From Squalus acanthias (Eukaryota), in contig JASTWF010000034.1 of NCBI GenBank assembly GCA_030390025.1, positions 930,001 through 994,000 on the forward strand: 64,000 bases of DNA, given 5' to 3'. Shown piece after piece: positions 52,255 through 63,797 of the stretch; within the stretch, counting starts at the first letter, position 1, and each line of letters opens with the position of its first letter. The notes under the pieces were generated by a model. The model had not been told where the DNA came from and did no database searches. It was given only the letters and a program-made list of their open reading frames with translations. The position numbers and the translations under genes were made by a program.

Positions 52255-52990
52255 GAGACACCGGTTCCCGCTTTAAAGGACCGCAGTGAATTATAGTTGC
52301 ACAACCATAATTTGCGGGATGCGTCTCCGCTTTAAGGTCTCTCATTGATTCCAGCGCGCAAACTCGCCGCTGAAGCGGAAGATGTAATCACGCTGGGCGG
52401 GTAATAACGTAACGCTGCTGGGCGGGGATTGAGGACAAAGGCTGCACTCCGATTGGTGGAAGCGCAGCGGCGCCACCCAGTGATTGGTTAACTCAATGTC
52501 CATCAGCGTGTGGCCGGGGAGGCGGGAGCTGAGAGGCTCAGGTGCTGGAGCGACCGTTTGATTGGTTGGCGAGCTGTCCATCGTCGAGCGAGTCGGCGGA
52601 TCCCCCAGAGCGGCACTAGCTATTGGTTGGGGCGGCTGTCGGTCAAGCAACGGGCGGCTGCGATTGGTCAGCGGCCCCTTCAGTGGGCGGGGCAGGGGGA
52701 CGAGACTCAGCGCCTGAAGCGGCGGCAAAGCCCCGGGATTGGGCAGGCGGAGCAAGAGGAGGGTCGACCTCAGTCCAGAGCCCAGAACAGGTGGTCACAC
52801 CGGCAGCTAATGTTCCCAATCCCCACCCCGGCCCTGCCCGGGATTAGGCATCAAGCCTCCATCTGGAGGAGGAAGAGGATGGTGAATCGGGGAGAGAAGG
52901 CCAGAAAACCCAGGGAGGGAGAAGAGATTTGGGGGCCTGGAACACCCCCTCCCCTCCGCTCCGGTGGAAATTCCCGCCTCTGGGCTTCCC
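52255..52990. promoter_or_regulatory. CpG-island promoter-like region with six ATTGG (inverted CCAAT) boxes and several GC boxes
   Basis: ATTGG at 52452, 52483, 52561, 52622, 52663, 52738; GGGCGG near 52375, 52420, 52630, 52685; CpG-dense compared with the flanks. Confidence 0.75.
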
Positions 52991-53069
52991 AATGGGAGAT
53001 CCTATGTAAACATGTCAAGCTGTAGTTCCCACTCCTGCCAGAGGGGTCGCTGCAGCAGCTGGAATTACT

Positions 53070-53880
53070 TAGGATATACGGCACGGCAAGAGGCCATTCG
53101 GCCCAACCAGTCCCTGCCGGGGTTTATGCTCCACTCGAGCCTCCTCCCGTCTTTCCTCATCTAACTCTATTAGAGTAACCCTCTATTGCCTTTTCCCTCA
53201 TATGCTTATCTAGCCTCCCCTTAAATGCATCAATACTGTTCGCTTCAACCACTCCCTGTGGAAGTGAGTTCCACATTCTCACCACTCTCTGGGTGAAGAA
53301 GTTTCTTCTGAATTCCCTATTTGTTTTCTTGGTGACTATCGTATAATGATGGCCTCTAATCTTGCTCTTCCCCACAAGTGGAAACACTCTCTCTGTATCT
53401 TCTCTTTCAAAACCTTTCATTATTTTAAAGATCTTTGTTATGTTACCCCTCAGCCTTCTCTTTTCAAGAGAAAAGCCTGTTCATCCTTTCCTGATAGAGG
53501 TACCCTCGCATTTCCTATATTATCCTTGTAAATCTGCTCTGCACCCTCTCCAGCCTCTCTCTATCCTTTTTATAATCTGGTGACCAGAACTGTATGCAGT
53601 ACTCCAAGTGAGGTCTAACCAAAGTTTGATACAGGTTTAGCAGAACTTCACTACTTTTCAATTCGATCCCCCTCGGAATAAACCCACAGGCTTGGTTTGC
53701 TTTTTTATGGCCTCGTTAATCTGTGTCACTATTTTCAGTGCGGTGTGTATTTGTACTCCGAGATCTCCACCCCATTTAAATTATTGGTTTCCAAGTGATA
53801 TATGGCCTCTTTATTTTTCTTACCAAAATGAAATACGTCACATTTATCTGTGTTGTATTTCATTTGCCAATTATATGCCA
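53070..53880 (-). mobile_element. Degenerate CR1-type LINE 3' fragment
   Basis: FRRNFFTQRVVRMWNSLP (ORF 53157-53420) plus CR1 3' UTR. Confidence 0.9.
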
Positions 53881-54057
53881 ATTAAAGATCTGTTACGAAT
53901 GCATAATAAATAGTATCAATCAATAATGCAAATATATGACTATAACTATAATATTTATGTCTCCCCATCTCCTCTCTCCCGCTCTCTCCATCGGTCTCTC
54001 CTCCTCCCCCTATGTGTCCCTCTCCCTCTCTCCCTCAGAATTATAAAAAGTCTCTTC

Positions 54058-54108
54058 ACATAGGATATACGGCACTGAAACAGGCCATTCAGCCAAAGCA
54101 GTCCAGGC
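54058..54108 (-). mobile_element. Short CR1 3'-tail fragment
   Basis: GGATATACGGCAC…GGCCATTC matches the tail at 53071-53100. Confidence 0.6.
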
Positions 54109-54118
54109 TTTATTGCAG

Positions 54119-54154
54119 GTCTCCAAGCCACCGGGATCTGCTACAGAGGAGTAG
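54119..54154 (+). pseudogene. PEX5: PEX5 36-nt exon (VSKPPGSATEE*) with premature TAG
   Basis: ttgcag|…|gtgagg splice sites; matches the human PEX5 segment ASKPLGVASEDE as recalled; TAG at 54152-54154 replaces Glu. Confidence 0.8.
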
Positions 54155-54457
54155 GTGAGGAGGACAAACACAGTTATCGTGTCAGCCTGTAATCCAGGCT
54201 CCATTCACCGTGTGAGGGTCAGGGTAACTCAGCACAGGCCGGGGATGAAGCCTGGGCCTTTCCTGCTCTGAGTGTGTGGGGGCTCTCAGTACCACACCAG
54301 GCGAGGATCAGGGTAACTCAGCACAGGCCGGGGATGGAGCCTTGGCCTTTCCTGCTCTGAGTGTGTGGGGCTCTCAGTACCCACTCCGGGTGGGGACATT
54401 TCAGGATTGGGGCACATATCATTATGTGGGTCTAATTGCCGCCTCTCTCTCTCGCAG

Positions 54458-54590
54458 TTAGTTTCGGAGTTTGTGACTGAGCAGAATGGGCCGCTGCTGC
54501 CCCGGGCACCTCACACATTCAAAATGGACGACCTGCTGGCGGAGATGCAGCAGATTGAGAACTCGAGACTTCGCCACGCTCCGCAGCAAG
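54458..54590 (+). pseudogene. PEX5: PEX5 133-nt exon ([44 protein letters not shown])
   Basis: Strong acceptor ctctctctctcgcag and donor gtaaga; near-identical to the human LVAEF…[18 protein letters not shown]…APQ segment as recalled. Confidence 0.93.
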
Positions 54591-54679
54591 GTAAGATCAC
54601 CCCTGGGAGTAGAGGGTAGAGCAGGGAAACAACTCAGCACAGTCCGGGGATGGAGCCTGGGCCTTTCCGTGTATGTGTG

Positions 54680-55425
54680 TGACTGACCACGGGCTTTGTG
54701 GGTACAGAGACACTGACCCCGGGCATTGTGGGTACAGGGTCACTGACCCCGGGCATTGTGGGTACAGGGTCACTGACGCCGGGCATTGTGGGTACAGGGT
54801 CACTGACCCCGGGCATTGTGGGTATAGGTTCACTGACCCAGGGCATTGTGGGTACAGGGACACTGACCCCGGGCAATGTGGGTACAGAGTCACTGACCCC
54901 GGGCATTGTAGGTACAGGGACACTGACACTGGGCATTGTGGGTACAGGGCCACTGCCCCATGGCATTGTGGGTACAGGGTCACTGACCACGGGCATTGTG
55001 GGTACAGGGTCACTGACCACGGGCATTGTGGGTATAGGTTCACTGACCCCGGGCATTGTGGGTACAGGGACACTGACCCCGGGCATTGTGGGTACAGGGC
55101 CACTGCCCCATGGCATTGTGGGTACAGGGTCACTGACCACGGGCATTGTGGGTACAGGGTCACTGACCCCGGGCATTGTGGATACAGGGACACTGACCCT
55201 GGGCATTGTGGGTATAGGTTCACTGACCCCGGGCATTGTGGGTACAGGGACACTGACCCCGGGCATTGTGGGTATAGGTTCACTGAACCCGGGCATTGTG
55301 GGTACAGGGACACTGACCCCGGGCATTGTTGGTACAGGGCCACTGACCCCGAGCATTGTGGGTACAGGGTCACTGCCCCATGGCATTGTTGGTAAAGGGT
55401 CACTGACCCTGGGCATTGTGGTTAA
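54680..55425. repeat. 30-bp minisatellite A (GGGCATTGTGGGTACAGGGTCACTGACCCY), intronic to PEX5 exons
   Basis: 30-nt period. Confidence 0.95.
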
Positions 55426-55504
55426 GGTCCTGAGGGTGATTACGGCCGCTCTGACTGTTTCACTTTAAATGGTGTTTGACTTCTGAACCTTCCTCTACCC
55501 TTAG

Positions 55505-55612
55505 ACCCCGCTGTGGCCTGTCCAGCAAAGTGGACCCTGGAATACCTGGAACAAACGGCAGAGGAACTGTAGCTGGGGAACCCGAGCTGGAGCAGCGTGA
55601 GGAACAGAAATG
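55505..55612 (+). pseudogene. PEX5: PEX5 WxxxY-motif exon, copy 1 (DPAVACPAKWTLEYLEQTAEEL*LG…), with stop and 1-nt deletion
   Basis: ccttag|…|gtatgg; similar to human [28 protein letters not shown] as recalled; TAG at 55570-55572. Confidence 0.88.
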
Positions 55613-55639
55613 GTATGGAGCGGGAGGGAGTAACAGTGG

Positions 55640-56102
55640 TAATGTCAGGGTAATGTAGAGGGAGCTCTGTACTGTACCTGCCCTGGGAGTGCACGATGCT
55701 GACACTGGGTATAAAGTGGGGGGACACTGTCAGGGTAATGTAGAGGGAGCTCTGTATTATACCTGCCCTGGGAGTGCTGGATGCTGACACTGGGTATAAA
55801 GTGGGGGGACACTGTCAGGGTAATGTAGAGGGAGCTCTGTATTATACCTGCCCTGGGAGTGCTGGATGCTGACATTTGGATAAAGTGGGGGGACACTATC
55901 AGGGTCGTGTAGAGGGAGCTCTGTATTGTACCTGCCCTGGGAGTGCTCGATGCTGACACTGGGTATAAAGTGGGGGGACACTGTCAGGGTAATGTAGAGG
56001 GAGCTCTGTATTCCTGCCCTGGGAGTGCTCGATGCTGACACTGGGTATAAAGTGGGGGGACACTGTCAGGGTAATGTAGAGGGAGCTCTGTATTGTACCT
56101 GC
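55640..56102. repeat. 85-bp tandem repeat, related to the 67-bp satellite
   Basis: ATAAAG anchors at 55711, 55796, 55880, 55965. Confidence 0.9.
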
Positions 56103-56149
56103 TCCGGTAGTGGGAGGGGCGATGGCCACTTTGTGACATTGTTCCAGGC

Positions 56150-56278
56150 TGCCATGTGATTGGCTCCCGGTTCCTTTGTGATGTCACCTGGAGTCAGGGC
56201 CCCGCCCCTGGTTACAGCCCATCAGTTGGATGTCAGTGTGGGAGGAGCTGGAGTGACAGCTGACACTGGCAGTGAGTT
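56150..56278 (+). promoter_or_regulatory. Promoter/first-exon-like module (GATTGG, TGATGTCA, CCCCGCCCC, GTGAGT donor); second copy at ~58485-58605
   Basis: Clustered CCAAT, CRE-like and GC-box motifs upstream of an acceptor-flanked exon. Confidence 0.45.
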
Positions 56279-56371
56279 TAGTCAAATTAAATATAATCAG
56301 TCACAAAAACAGTCCCACTGTATTCCAGTTACAGATTCTGGGATTAATATGAATGATTTTTCTATTGACAG

Positions 56372-56591
56372 TCTCTGGGAGTGAGCAATATCTCAGGAAG
56401 GTGGAGAGAGAGAAGTCGAATCATCGCCTCACTGACTGGGACTGGAGAAATGTCTCTGGTTTCACAGAGCAGATCTGGTGGGATCGAGACCCCCCACCGT
56501 GTCGGAGACGGGATAAAACGGGAAGCTTCAACAATGATTGGAAAGGGGAGGAACTTTACTGAGAATCCCACCAGTCCAGGAATTTTCCGAG
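56372..56591 (+). pseudogene. Unidentified exon-like segment (not PEX5), copy 1, frameshifted
   Basis: ttttctattgacag acceptor and gtgcga donor; 220 nt, 1 nt longer than copy 2. Confidence 0.45.
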
Positions 56592-56839
56592 GTGCGAATC
56601 TAACCAGATACTGGGAGCTGTTCAACATCTGTTGTCAGGCTCACCTCAAGCGGCAAGTTGAGCGGAGCTTAACTCAGAGATAAACATTGCCCGTACCTCA
56701 CCTGGGAGTGTTTGACACTTACAGGTAGTGGGATCTTTATTCACCCCATGCTGTACCTGAGCTGGTTGTGCTTCATTGGGCAGTGACAGGGGAACTGTAT
56801 GCTGCATTGAATACGTGCTGTATCTGAGTTGGTTCTGTT

Positions 56840-57430
56840 TGTGGGTCACTGAACTCGGGCATTGTGGATACAGATCACTGACCCTGGGCCTTGTGGGTAC
56901 TGGGTGACTGATCCTGGGCATTGTGGGTACAGATCACTGATACTGAATCTTGTGGGTACTGGGTCACTGACCCTGGGCCTTGTGGGAACGGGACATGACC
57001 TTGGGTATTGTGGGTAAGGTAACTGACCCTCAGGAATAGTGAGTAGAATGTCACTGACTCTGGGCATTGTGGGTACAGGGGACTGACACTGGGCAGTTTG
57101 GGTAAGCTCAATGACCCTGGACATTTTCGGTAAATTATCACTGCCCCTGGGCATTGTGGGTACAGAGTCACTGCCCTTGGGCATTGTGGATGCAGCGTCA
57201 CTGACCCTGGGCATTGTGGGTACAGGGTCACTGACCTTGGGCATTGTGGATGCAGCGTCACTGACCCTGGGCATTGTGGGAACAAGGGACTGACACTGGG
57301 CATTGTGGTAATCTCAATGACCCTGGATATTGTCGGTAAATGGTCACTGCCCCTGGGCATTGTGGGTACAGGGTCATTACCCCTGGGAATTGTGGATACA
57401 GCGTCACTGACACTGGGCATTGTGGGAAAG
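56840..57430. repeat. Degenerate 30-bp minisatellite A, second module copy
   Basis: GGGCATTGTGGG…TCACTGACC motif. Confidence 0.9.
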
Positions 57431-57511
57431 GTCCTGAGGGTGATTACAGCGGCCTGTGGGTGTATAACTTTAAATGGTGTTTGACCTCTGACACTTCCTG
57501 TCCCCGCGCAG

Positions 57512-57620
57512 AACCTGCTGTGTCCTACCCAGCGAAGTGGGCCCAGGAATACCTGCAACAGACAGAAGAGAAACTGTAGCTGGGGGAACACGAGCTGGAG
57601 CACAGTCAGGAACAGAATTG
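57512..57620 (+). pseudogene. PEX5: PEX5 WxxxY-motif exon, copy 2 (EPAVSYPAKWAQEYLQQTEEKL*LGEHELEHSQEQNW)
   Basis: gcgcag|…|gtacgg; 109 nt; TAG at 57577-57579 in the same codon as copy 1. Confidence 0.9.
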
Positions 57621-57654
57621 GTACGGAGCGGGGAGAGGGAGGTAGTAATAATGT

Positions 57655-58436
57655 TAATGTCAGGGTAATATAGATGGAGCTCTTTATTGTACCTGCCCCG
57701 GGAGCGCTCCATGCTGACACTGGGTATAAAGTGGGGGGACACTGTTAGGGTATTGTAGAGGGTGCTCCTTATTGTACCTGCCCCGGGAGTGCTTGCTGCT
57801 TATACTGGGTATAAAGTGGGGGTACACTGTCAGGGTAATGTAGAGGGAGCTCTGTATTGTACCTGCCCTGGGAGTGCTGCTCGATAGTGGGACACTGTCA
57901 GAGAAATGTAGAGGGAGCTCTCTATTGTATCTGCCCTGGAGCACTCGATGCTGACACTGGTAAGGGGGTACACTCAGGTAATGTAGAGGAGCTCTGTATT
58001 GTACCTGCCCTGGGAGTGCTCGATGCTGACACTGGGTATAAAGTGGGGGTACACTGTCAGGGTAATGTAGAGGGAGCTCTGTATTGTATCTGCCCTGGGA
58101 GCACTCGATGCTGACACTGGGTATAAAGTGGGGGTACACTGTCAGGGTAATGTAGAGGGAGTTCTGTATTGTATCTGCCCTGGGAGCGCTCGATGCTGAC
58201 ACTGGGTATAAAGTGGGGGTACACTGTCAGGGTAATGTAGAGGGAGCTCTGTATTGTACCTGCGCTGGGAGCGCTCGATGCTGACACTGGGTATAAAGTG
58301 GGGGTACACTGTCGGAGTAATGTAGAGGGAGCTCTGTATTGTACCTGCCCTGGGAGCGCTCGATGTTGACACTGGGTATAAAGTGGGGGTACACTGTCGG
58401 AGTAATGCAGAGAGAGCTCTGTATTGTACCTGCCCC
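57655..58436. repeat. 85-bp tandem repeat, second module copy
   Basis: Same unit as 55640-56102, with more copies. Confidence 0.9.
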
Positions 58437-58785
58437 GCGAGTGGGAGGGGCTATGGCTACTTTGTGACATTGTTCCAAGCTGCTGTGTGATTGGCTCCCG
58501 GTTCCTTTGTGATGTCACCTGGAGACAGGGCCCCGCCCCTGGTTACGGCCCATCAGTGGGGTGTCAGTGTGGGAGGAGCTGGAGTGACAGCTGACACTGG
58601 GAGTGTTTTGTCCCAATAAACAGGGCAAAGGGCCGAAAAGAACTATTTAATATTATCTACAGTAATTCAAACACTCATTAATTGCAAATATCTTCATAAT
58701 AGATACAATCACAGACACAAAAACAGTCCCGCTGTATTACAGGTAGAGATTCTGGGATTAATATGTCTCATTTTTCTATTGACAG

Positions 58786-59004
58786 TCTCTGGGAGTGAGC
58801 AATATCTCAGGAAGGTGGAGAGAGAGAAGTCGAATCATCGCCACACTCACTGGGACTACAGAAATGTCGCTGGGTTCACAGAGCAGATCTGGTGGGACCG
58901 AGACCCCCCCCGTGTCGGAGACGGGATAAAACGGGAAGCTTCAACAATGATTGGAAAGGGGAGGAACTTTACTGAGAATTCCAGCAGTCCAGGAATTTGC
59001 TGAG
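58786..59004 (+). pseudogene. Unidentified exon-like segment, copy 2 (219 nt, phase 1-1, terminal TGA)
   Basis: tttttctattgacag|…|gtgaga; open frame SGSEQYLRK…SSSPGIC, then TGA where copy 1 has CGA. Confidence 0.45.
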
Positions 59005-59241
59005 GTGAGAGTCTAACCAGATACTGGGAGCTGTTCAACATCTGCCGTCAGGCTCGGCCTTTGATGTGGCAAGTTGAGCGGAGCTTAACTCGGAGATAAA
59101 CCTTGCCCGTACCTCACCCGGGAGTGTTTGACATTTACATGTATAGGGATCTTTATTCTGTATTGACCCCGTGCTGTACCTGAGCTGGTTGTGCTTCATT
59201 GGGCAGTGTCAAGGGAGCTGTACGCTGCATTGAACACATGC

Positions 59242-59469
59242 TGTTACGTCAGATAACTACTAGGCACCTGGTCTAATCGTTAAACAACGCTTTAATCAAC
59301 TGTTTTACAACATGGAGATCTAGTTGTGTCCTTCACTAGTTCCGGTTAAGTATGTCCCGCGCAAGCTGGACCCGTGCCCGAGTATTTATACTCTCCTTGG
59401 ACATCGCCACCCACAGGCCACTCAGTATAATTTCATAAGTCATGAATGACAGATTCATGTCGTGCTACA
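59242..59469 (-). mobile_element. Probable ~228-bp solo LTR
   Basis: Absent from module copy 1 (cf. 56811-56840); TG…CA ends; minus-strand TATAAATA (59383-59390) followed by ATTAAA (~59291); no clean target-site duplication. Confidence 0.55.
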
Positions 59470-59499
59470 CCTAAGTTAGTTGTGTTGCTGAACCAAATA

Positions 59500-62400
59500 G
59501 GAGGGAGCTTTACTCTGTATCTAACCCGTGCTGTACCTGCCCTGGGAGTGTTTGATGGGACAGTGCAGAGGGAGCTTTACTCTGTATCTAACCCGTGCTG
59601 TACCTGCTCTGGGAGTATTTGATGAGATAGTGTAGAGGGTGCTTTACTCTGCATCCAACCCGTATTACACGTGTCCTGGGATTGAGTTGATGGGATAGTG
59701 TAGAGGGAATTTTACTCTGTATCTAACCCGTGATGTACAGGCCCTGGGAGAGTTTGATGGGACAGTGCAGAGGGAGCTTTACTCTGTATCTAACCCGTGC
59801 TGTACCTGCCCTGGGAGTGTTTGATGGGACATTGTAGAGGGAGCTTTACTCTGTATCTAACCCGTGCTGTACCTGCCCTGGGAGTGTTTGATGGGACATT
59901 TTAGATGGAGCTTTACTCTGAATCTAACACATGCTGTACCTGCCCTGGGAGTGTTTGATGGGACATTGTAGAGGGAGCTTTACTCTGTTTCTAAACCCTG
60001 CTGTGCCTGCCCTGAGAGTGTTTGATGGGACAGTGTAGAGGGAGCTTTACACTGTATCAAACTTGGTCTGAACCTGCCCTGGGAGTGTTTGATGGGACAG
60101 TTTAGTGACAGCTTTACTCTGAATCTGAAACATGCTGTGCCTGCCCTGGGAATGTTTGATGGGACAGTGTAGAGGGAGCTTGACTCTGTTTCTAACCCCT
60201 GCTGTTCCTGTCCTGGGAATGTTTGATGGGACGTTATTGAGGGGGCTTTACTCTGTATCTATACCGTGCTGCTCCTGCCCTGAAGTGTTTATAGAGTTAT
60301 ACAGCACAGAAAGAGGCCCTTCGGCCCATCGTGTCTGCACCGGCCATCAAGCCCTGTCTATTCCAAACCCATTTTCCAGCACTTGGTCCCTACCCTTCTA
60401 TGCTATGGCGTTTCAAGTGCTCATCTAAATGTTTCTTCAATGTTGTGAGCGTTCCTGCCTCTACCACCCTTTAAGGGAGTGAGCTCCAGATTTCAACTAC
60501 CCTCTGGGTGAAAAAGATTTGCCTCAATACCCCTCTAAACCTCCTGCCCCTTACCTTGAAACTATGCTCCTGGTTATTGACCCCTCTACGAAGGGAAGAA
60601 TTTGTTTTTTATCCACCCTAGCTATGCCCCTCATAATTTTGTACACCTCAATCAGGTCCCCCCTCAGCCTTCTCTGCTCTAAGGAAAACAACCCCATCCT
60701 GACCAGTCTCTCTTCACAGCTGAAACGCTCCAGCCCAGGTAACATCCTGGTGAATCTCCTCTGCACCCTCTCCAATGCAATCACATCCCTCCTATAGTGT
60801 GGTGACCAGAACTGCACACAGTATTCCAGCTGTGGCCTAACTAGCGTTTTGTACAGCTCCATCATAACCTCCCTACTCTTATATTGTATGCCTCGGCTAA
60901 TATCCAATATGCCTTTTTAACCACCTTATCTACCTGTCCTGCTGCCTTCAGGGATCTATGTACATGCACGCCAAGGTCCCTCTGATCCTCTGTCCTTCCT
61001 AGGGTCCTACCATTCATTGTGTATTCCCTTGCCTTGTTTGTCCTCCCAAAATGCATCACCTCACACTTTTCAGGGTGAAAGTCCATTTGCCACTGTTCTG
61101 CCCATCTAACCATCCCGTCTATATCGTCCTGTAGTCTGAGGCTTCCCTTCTCGCTATTTACCACTCCACCAATTTTCGTGTCATCTGCGAACTTACATTC
61201 ATATCTAAATCATTAATGTACACTACAAACAGCAAAGGACCCAGCACCGATCCCTGCGGTGCACCACTGGACACAGGCTTCCATTCACAAAAACTACCTT
61301 CGACCATCACCATCTGCCTCCTGCCATTAAGCCAATTTTGAATCCAATGTGCCAAATTGCCCTGGATCCCATGGCCTCTTACCTTCTTGACCAGTCTCCC
61401 ATGTGGGACTTTATCAAAAGCCTTACTGAAGACCATGTAGACGACATCAACTGCACTATCCTCATCCACACACCCAGTCACCCCCTCAAAAAATTCAATC
61501 AAATTGGTTGGATATGATCTCCCCCTGACAAAGCCATGCTGACTATCCCTGATTAATCCTTGCCTCTCCAAGTGGAGACTAATTCTGTCCCTCAGAATTT
61601 TTTCCAATAATTTCCCTATCACTGATGTGAGGCTCACTGGCCTGTAATTCCCTGGTTTATCCCTACTACCCTTCTTGAACAATGGTACTACGTTAGCTGT
61701 TCTCCAGTCCTCTGGCACCTCCCCTGTGGTCAGAGAGGTTCTGAAAATTTGTGTCCGAGCCCCTGCAGTCTCCTCCCTTGCCTCACACAGCAGCCTGGGA
61801 TACATCCCGTCAGGGCCTGGGGATTTATCCACTTTTAAACCCGCTAAAACCGCTAGTACCGCCTCCTTCTCAATACTAATTTGTTCAAGTATTTCACAAT
61901 CCCCCTGCCTGATTTCTATGCCTCCATCGTCCTTCTCCATAGTGAACACAGATGCAAAATATTCATTTCAGAGCTTTGCTCTGGACCAAACATTGTCTGA
62001 ACCTGCCCTGGGATTATTTGATGGGACAGTGTAGAGAGTTTTTCTCTGTATCTAACCCGTGCTGTACCTGCCCTGAGAGTGTTTGATGTTACATTGCAGA
62101 GGGAAGTTCACTCTGTATCTACCCTGTGCTTTACCTGCCCTGGGAGAGTTTGATGGGACAGTGTAAACGGATCTTTAATCTGTATCTAATCCATGCTGCA
62201 CCTGCTTTGGGAGTGTTTGATGGGCCAGTGTTGATGCAACTTTACTTTGTGTCTAACTCGTGTTGTGCCTGTCTTGGAAGGGTTTGATGGGACACTGTAG
62301 AGGCAGCTTTAGTCTGTATCTAACCCGTGCTGTACCTGCCCTGGGGGTGTTTGATGGGACAGTGTAGAGGAAGCTTTACTCTGTATCTAACACATGCTGT

Positions 62401-63797
62401 ACCTGTCCTGGGAGTGTTAAATTGGACAGTGTTGATGCAGCTTTACTCTCTCTGCCTAACTCGTGTTCTGCCTGTCCTGGACGGGTTTGATGGGACAGTG
62501 TAAAGGGAGTTTTACTCTGTATCTTAATCGTGCTGTACCTGCCATGGGGGAGTTTGATGGGACATTGTAGAGGGAGCTTTACTCTGTATCTACCCCATGC
62601 TGTACCTACCCTGGGGGTGTTTGATGGGACAGTTTAGAGGGTGCTTTACTCTGTTTCTGACACATGCTGTACCTGCCCTGGGAGTGTTAAATTGGACAGT
62701 GTTGATGCAGCTTTACTCTCTCTGCCTAACTCGTGTTCTGCCTGTCCTGGACGGGTTTGATCGGACAGTGTAAAGGGAGTTTTACTCTGTATCTTAATCG
62801 TGCTGTACCTGCCATGGGGGAGTTTGATGGGACATTGTAGAGGGAGCTTTACTCTGTATCTAACCCCTGCTCTAACTGCACTGGGAGTGTTTGATGGGAC
62901 ATTTTAGAGGGAGCTTTACTCTGTATCTACACATGCTGTACCTACCCTGGGAGTGTTTGATGGGACAGTGTAGTGAGAGCTTTACTCTTTACCAATCATT
63001 GTTGGAACCTGCCCTGGGAGTGTTGGATGTGACAATGTAGAGGGAGATTTACTCTGTATCTAACCAGTGCTGTACCTGCCCTGGACGGGTTTGATGGGAC
63101 AGTGTAGAGGGAGCTCTAAACTGTATCAAACATGGTCTGAACCTGCCAGGGGAGTGTTTGATGGGACAATGCAGAGATGCACTTTACACTATATCTAACC
63201 TGTGCTGTACCTGCCCTGTGAGAGTTTAATGGGACAGTGTAGAGGGAACTTTACTCTGTGTGAAACATATTCTGAACCTCCTGTGGGAGTGTTTGATGAG
63301 ACAGTGTAGAGTGAGATTTACTCTGTATCTAACCTGTGCTGAAAATGCCCTGTGTGGGTTTGATGGGACATTGAAGAGGGCGCTTAACTCTGTAGCTAAA
63401 TAGTGTTGTGCCTGTCCTGGGAGAGTTTGAGGGGAAAGTCTAGAATCAGCTTTACCAGTATCAAACATGGTCTCAACCTGTCCTGGGAGTGTTTCATGGG
63501 ACAGTGAAGAGGGAACTTTACTCTGCATCTAACCCGTGTTATACGTGTCCTGGGAGCGATTTGATGGAATAGTGTAGAGGGAGATTTACTCTGTATCTAA
63601 CCCGTGCTGTACCTGCACTGGGAGTGTTTGATGGGACAGTGTAAAGGGAGCTTTACTCTGTATCTAAATGGTGCTGTACCTGCCCTGGCAGTGTTTGATT
63701 TGACAGTGTAGAGGGATCTTTGCTCTATATCTAACCCGTGTTGTGCCTGTCCTGGACAGGTTTGATGGAACAGTGTAGAGGAAGCTTTACTCTGTAT
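59500..63797. repeat. 67-bp satellite (CTAACCCGTGCTGTACCTGCCCTGGGAGTGTTTGATGGGACAGTGTAGAGGGAGCTTTACTCTGTAT), split by a CR1
   Basis: Anchors at 59521 and 59588 give a 67-nt period. Confidence 0.95.
60291..61968 (-). mobile_element. CR1-type LINE, 5'-truncated, with small internal deletions
   Basis: RT motifs in ORFs 61158-61949, 60862-61164 and 60551-60907; CR1 3' UTR near 60300-60360. Confidence 0.93.

Noticed and set aside
52342..53164. Overlapping ORFs in the CpG island, including a possible PEX5 first coding exon
   Set aside because: GC-rich stop-poor sequence; no MAMRELVE/ANPLMKL-like peptide in any listed frame
54597..58518. Long Pro/Cys/Gly-repeat ORFs (260-281 aa)
   Set aside because: Translations of the 30-bp and 85-bp repeats
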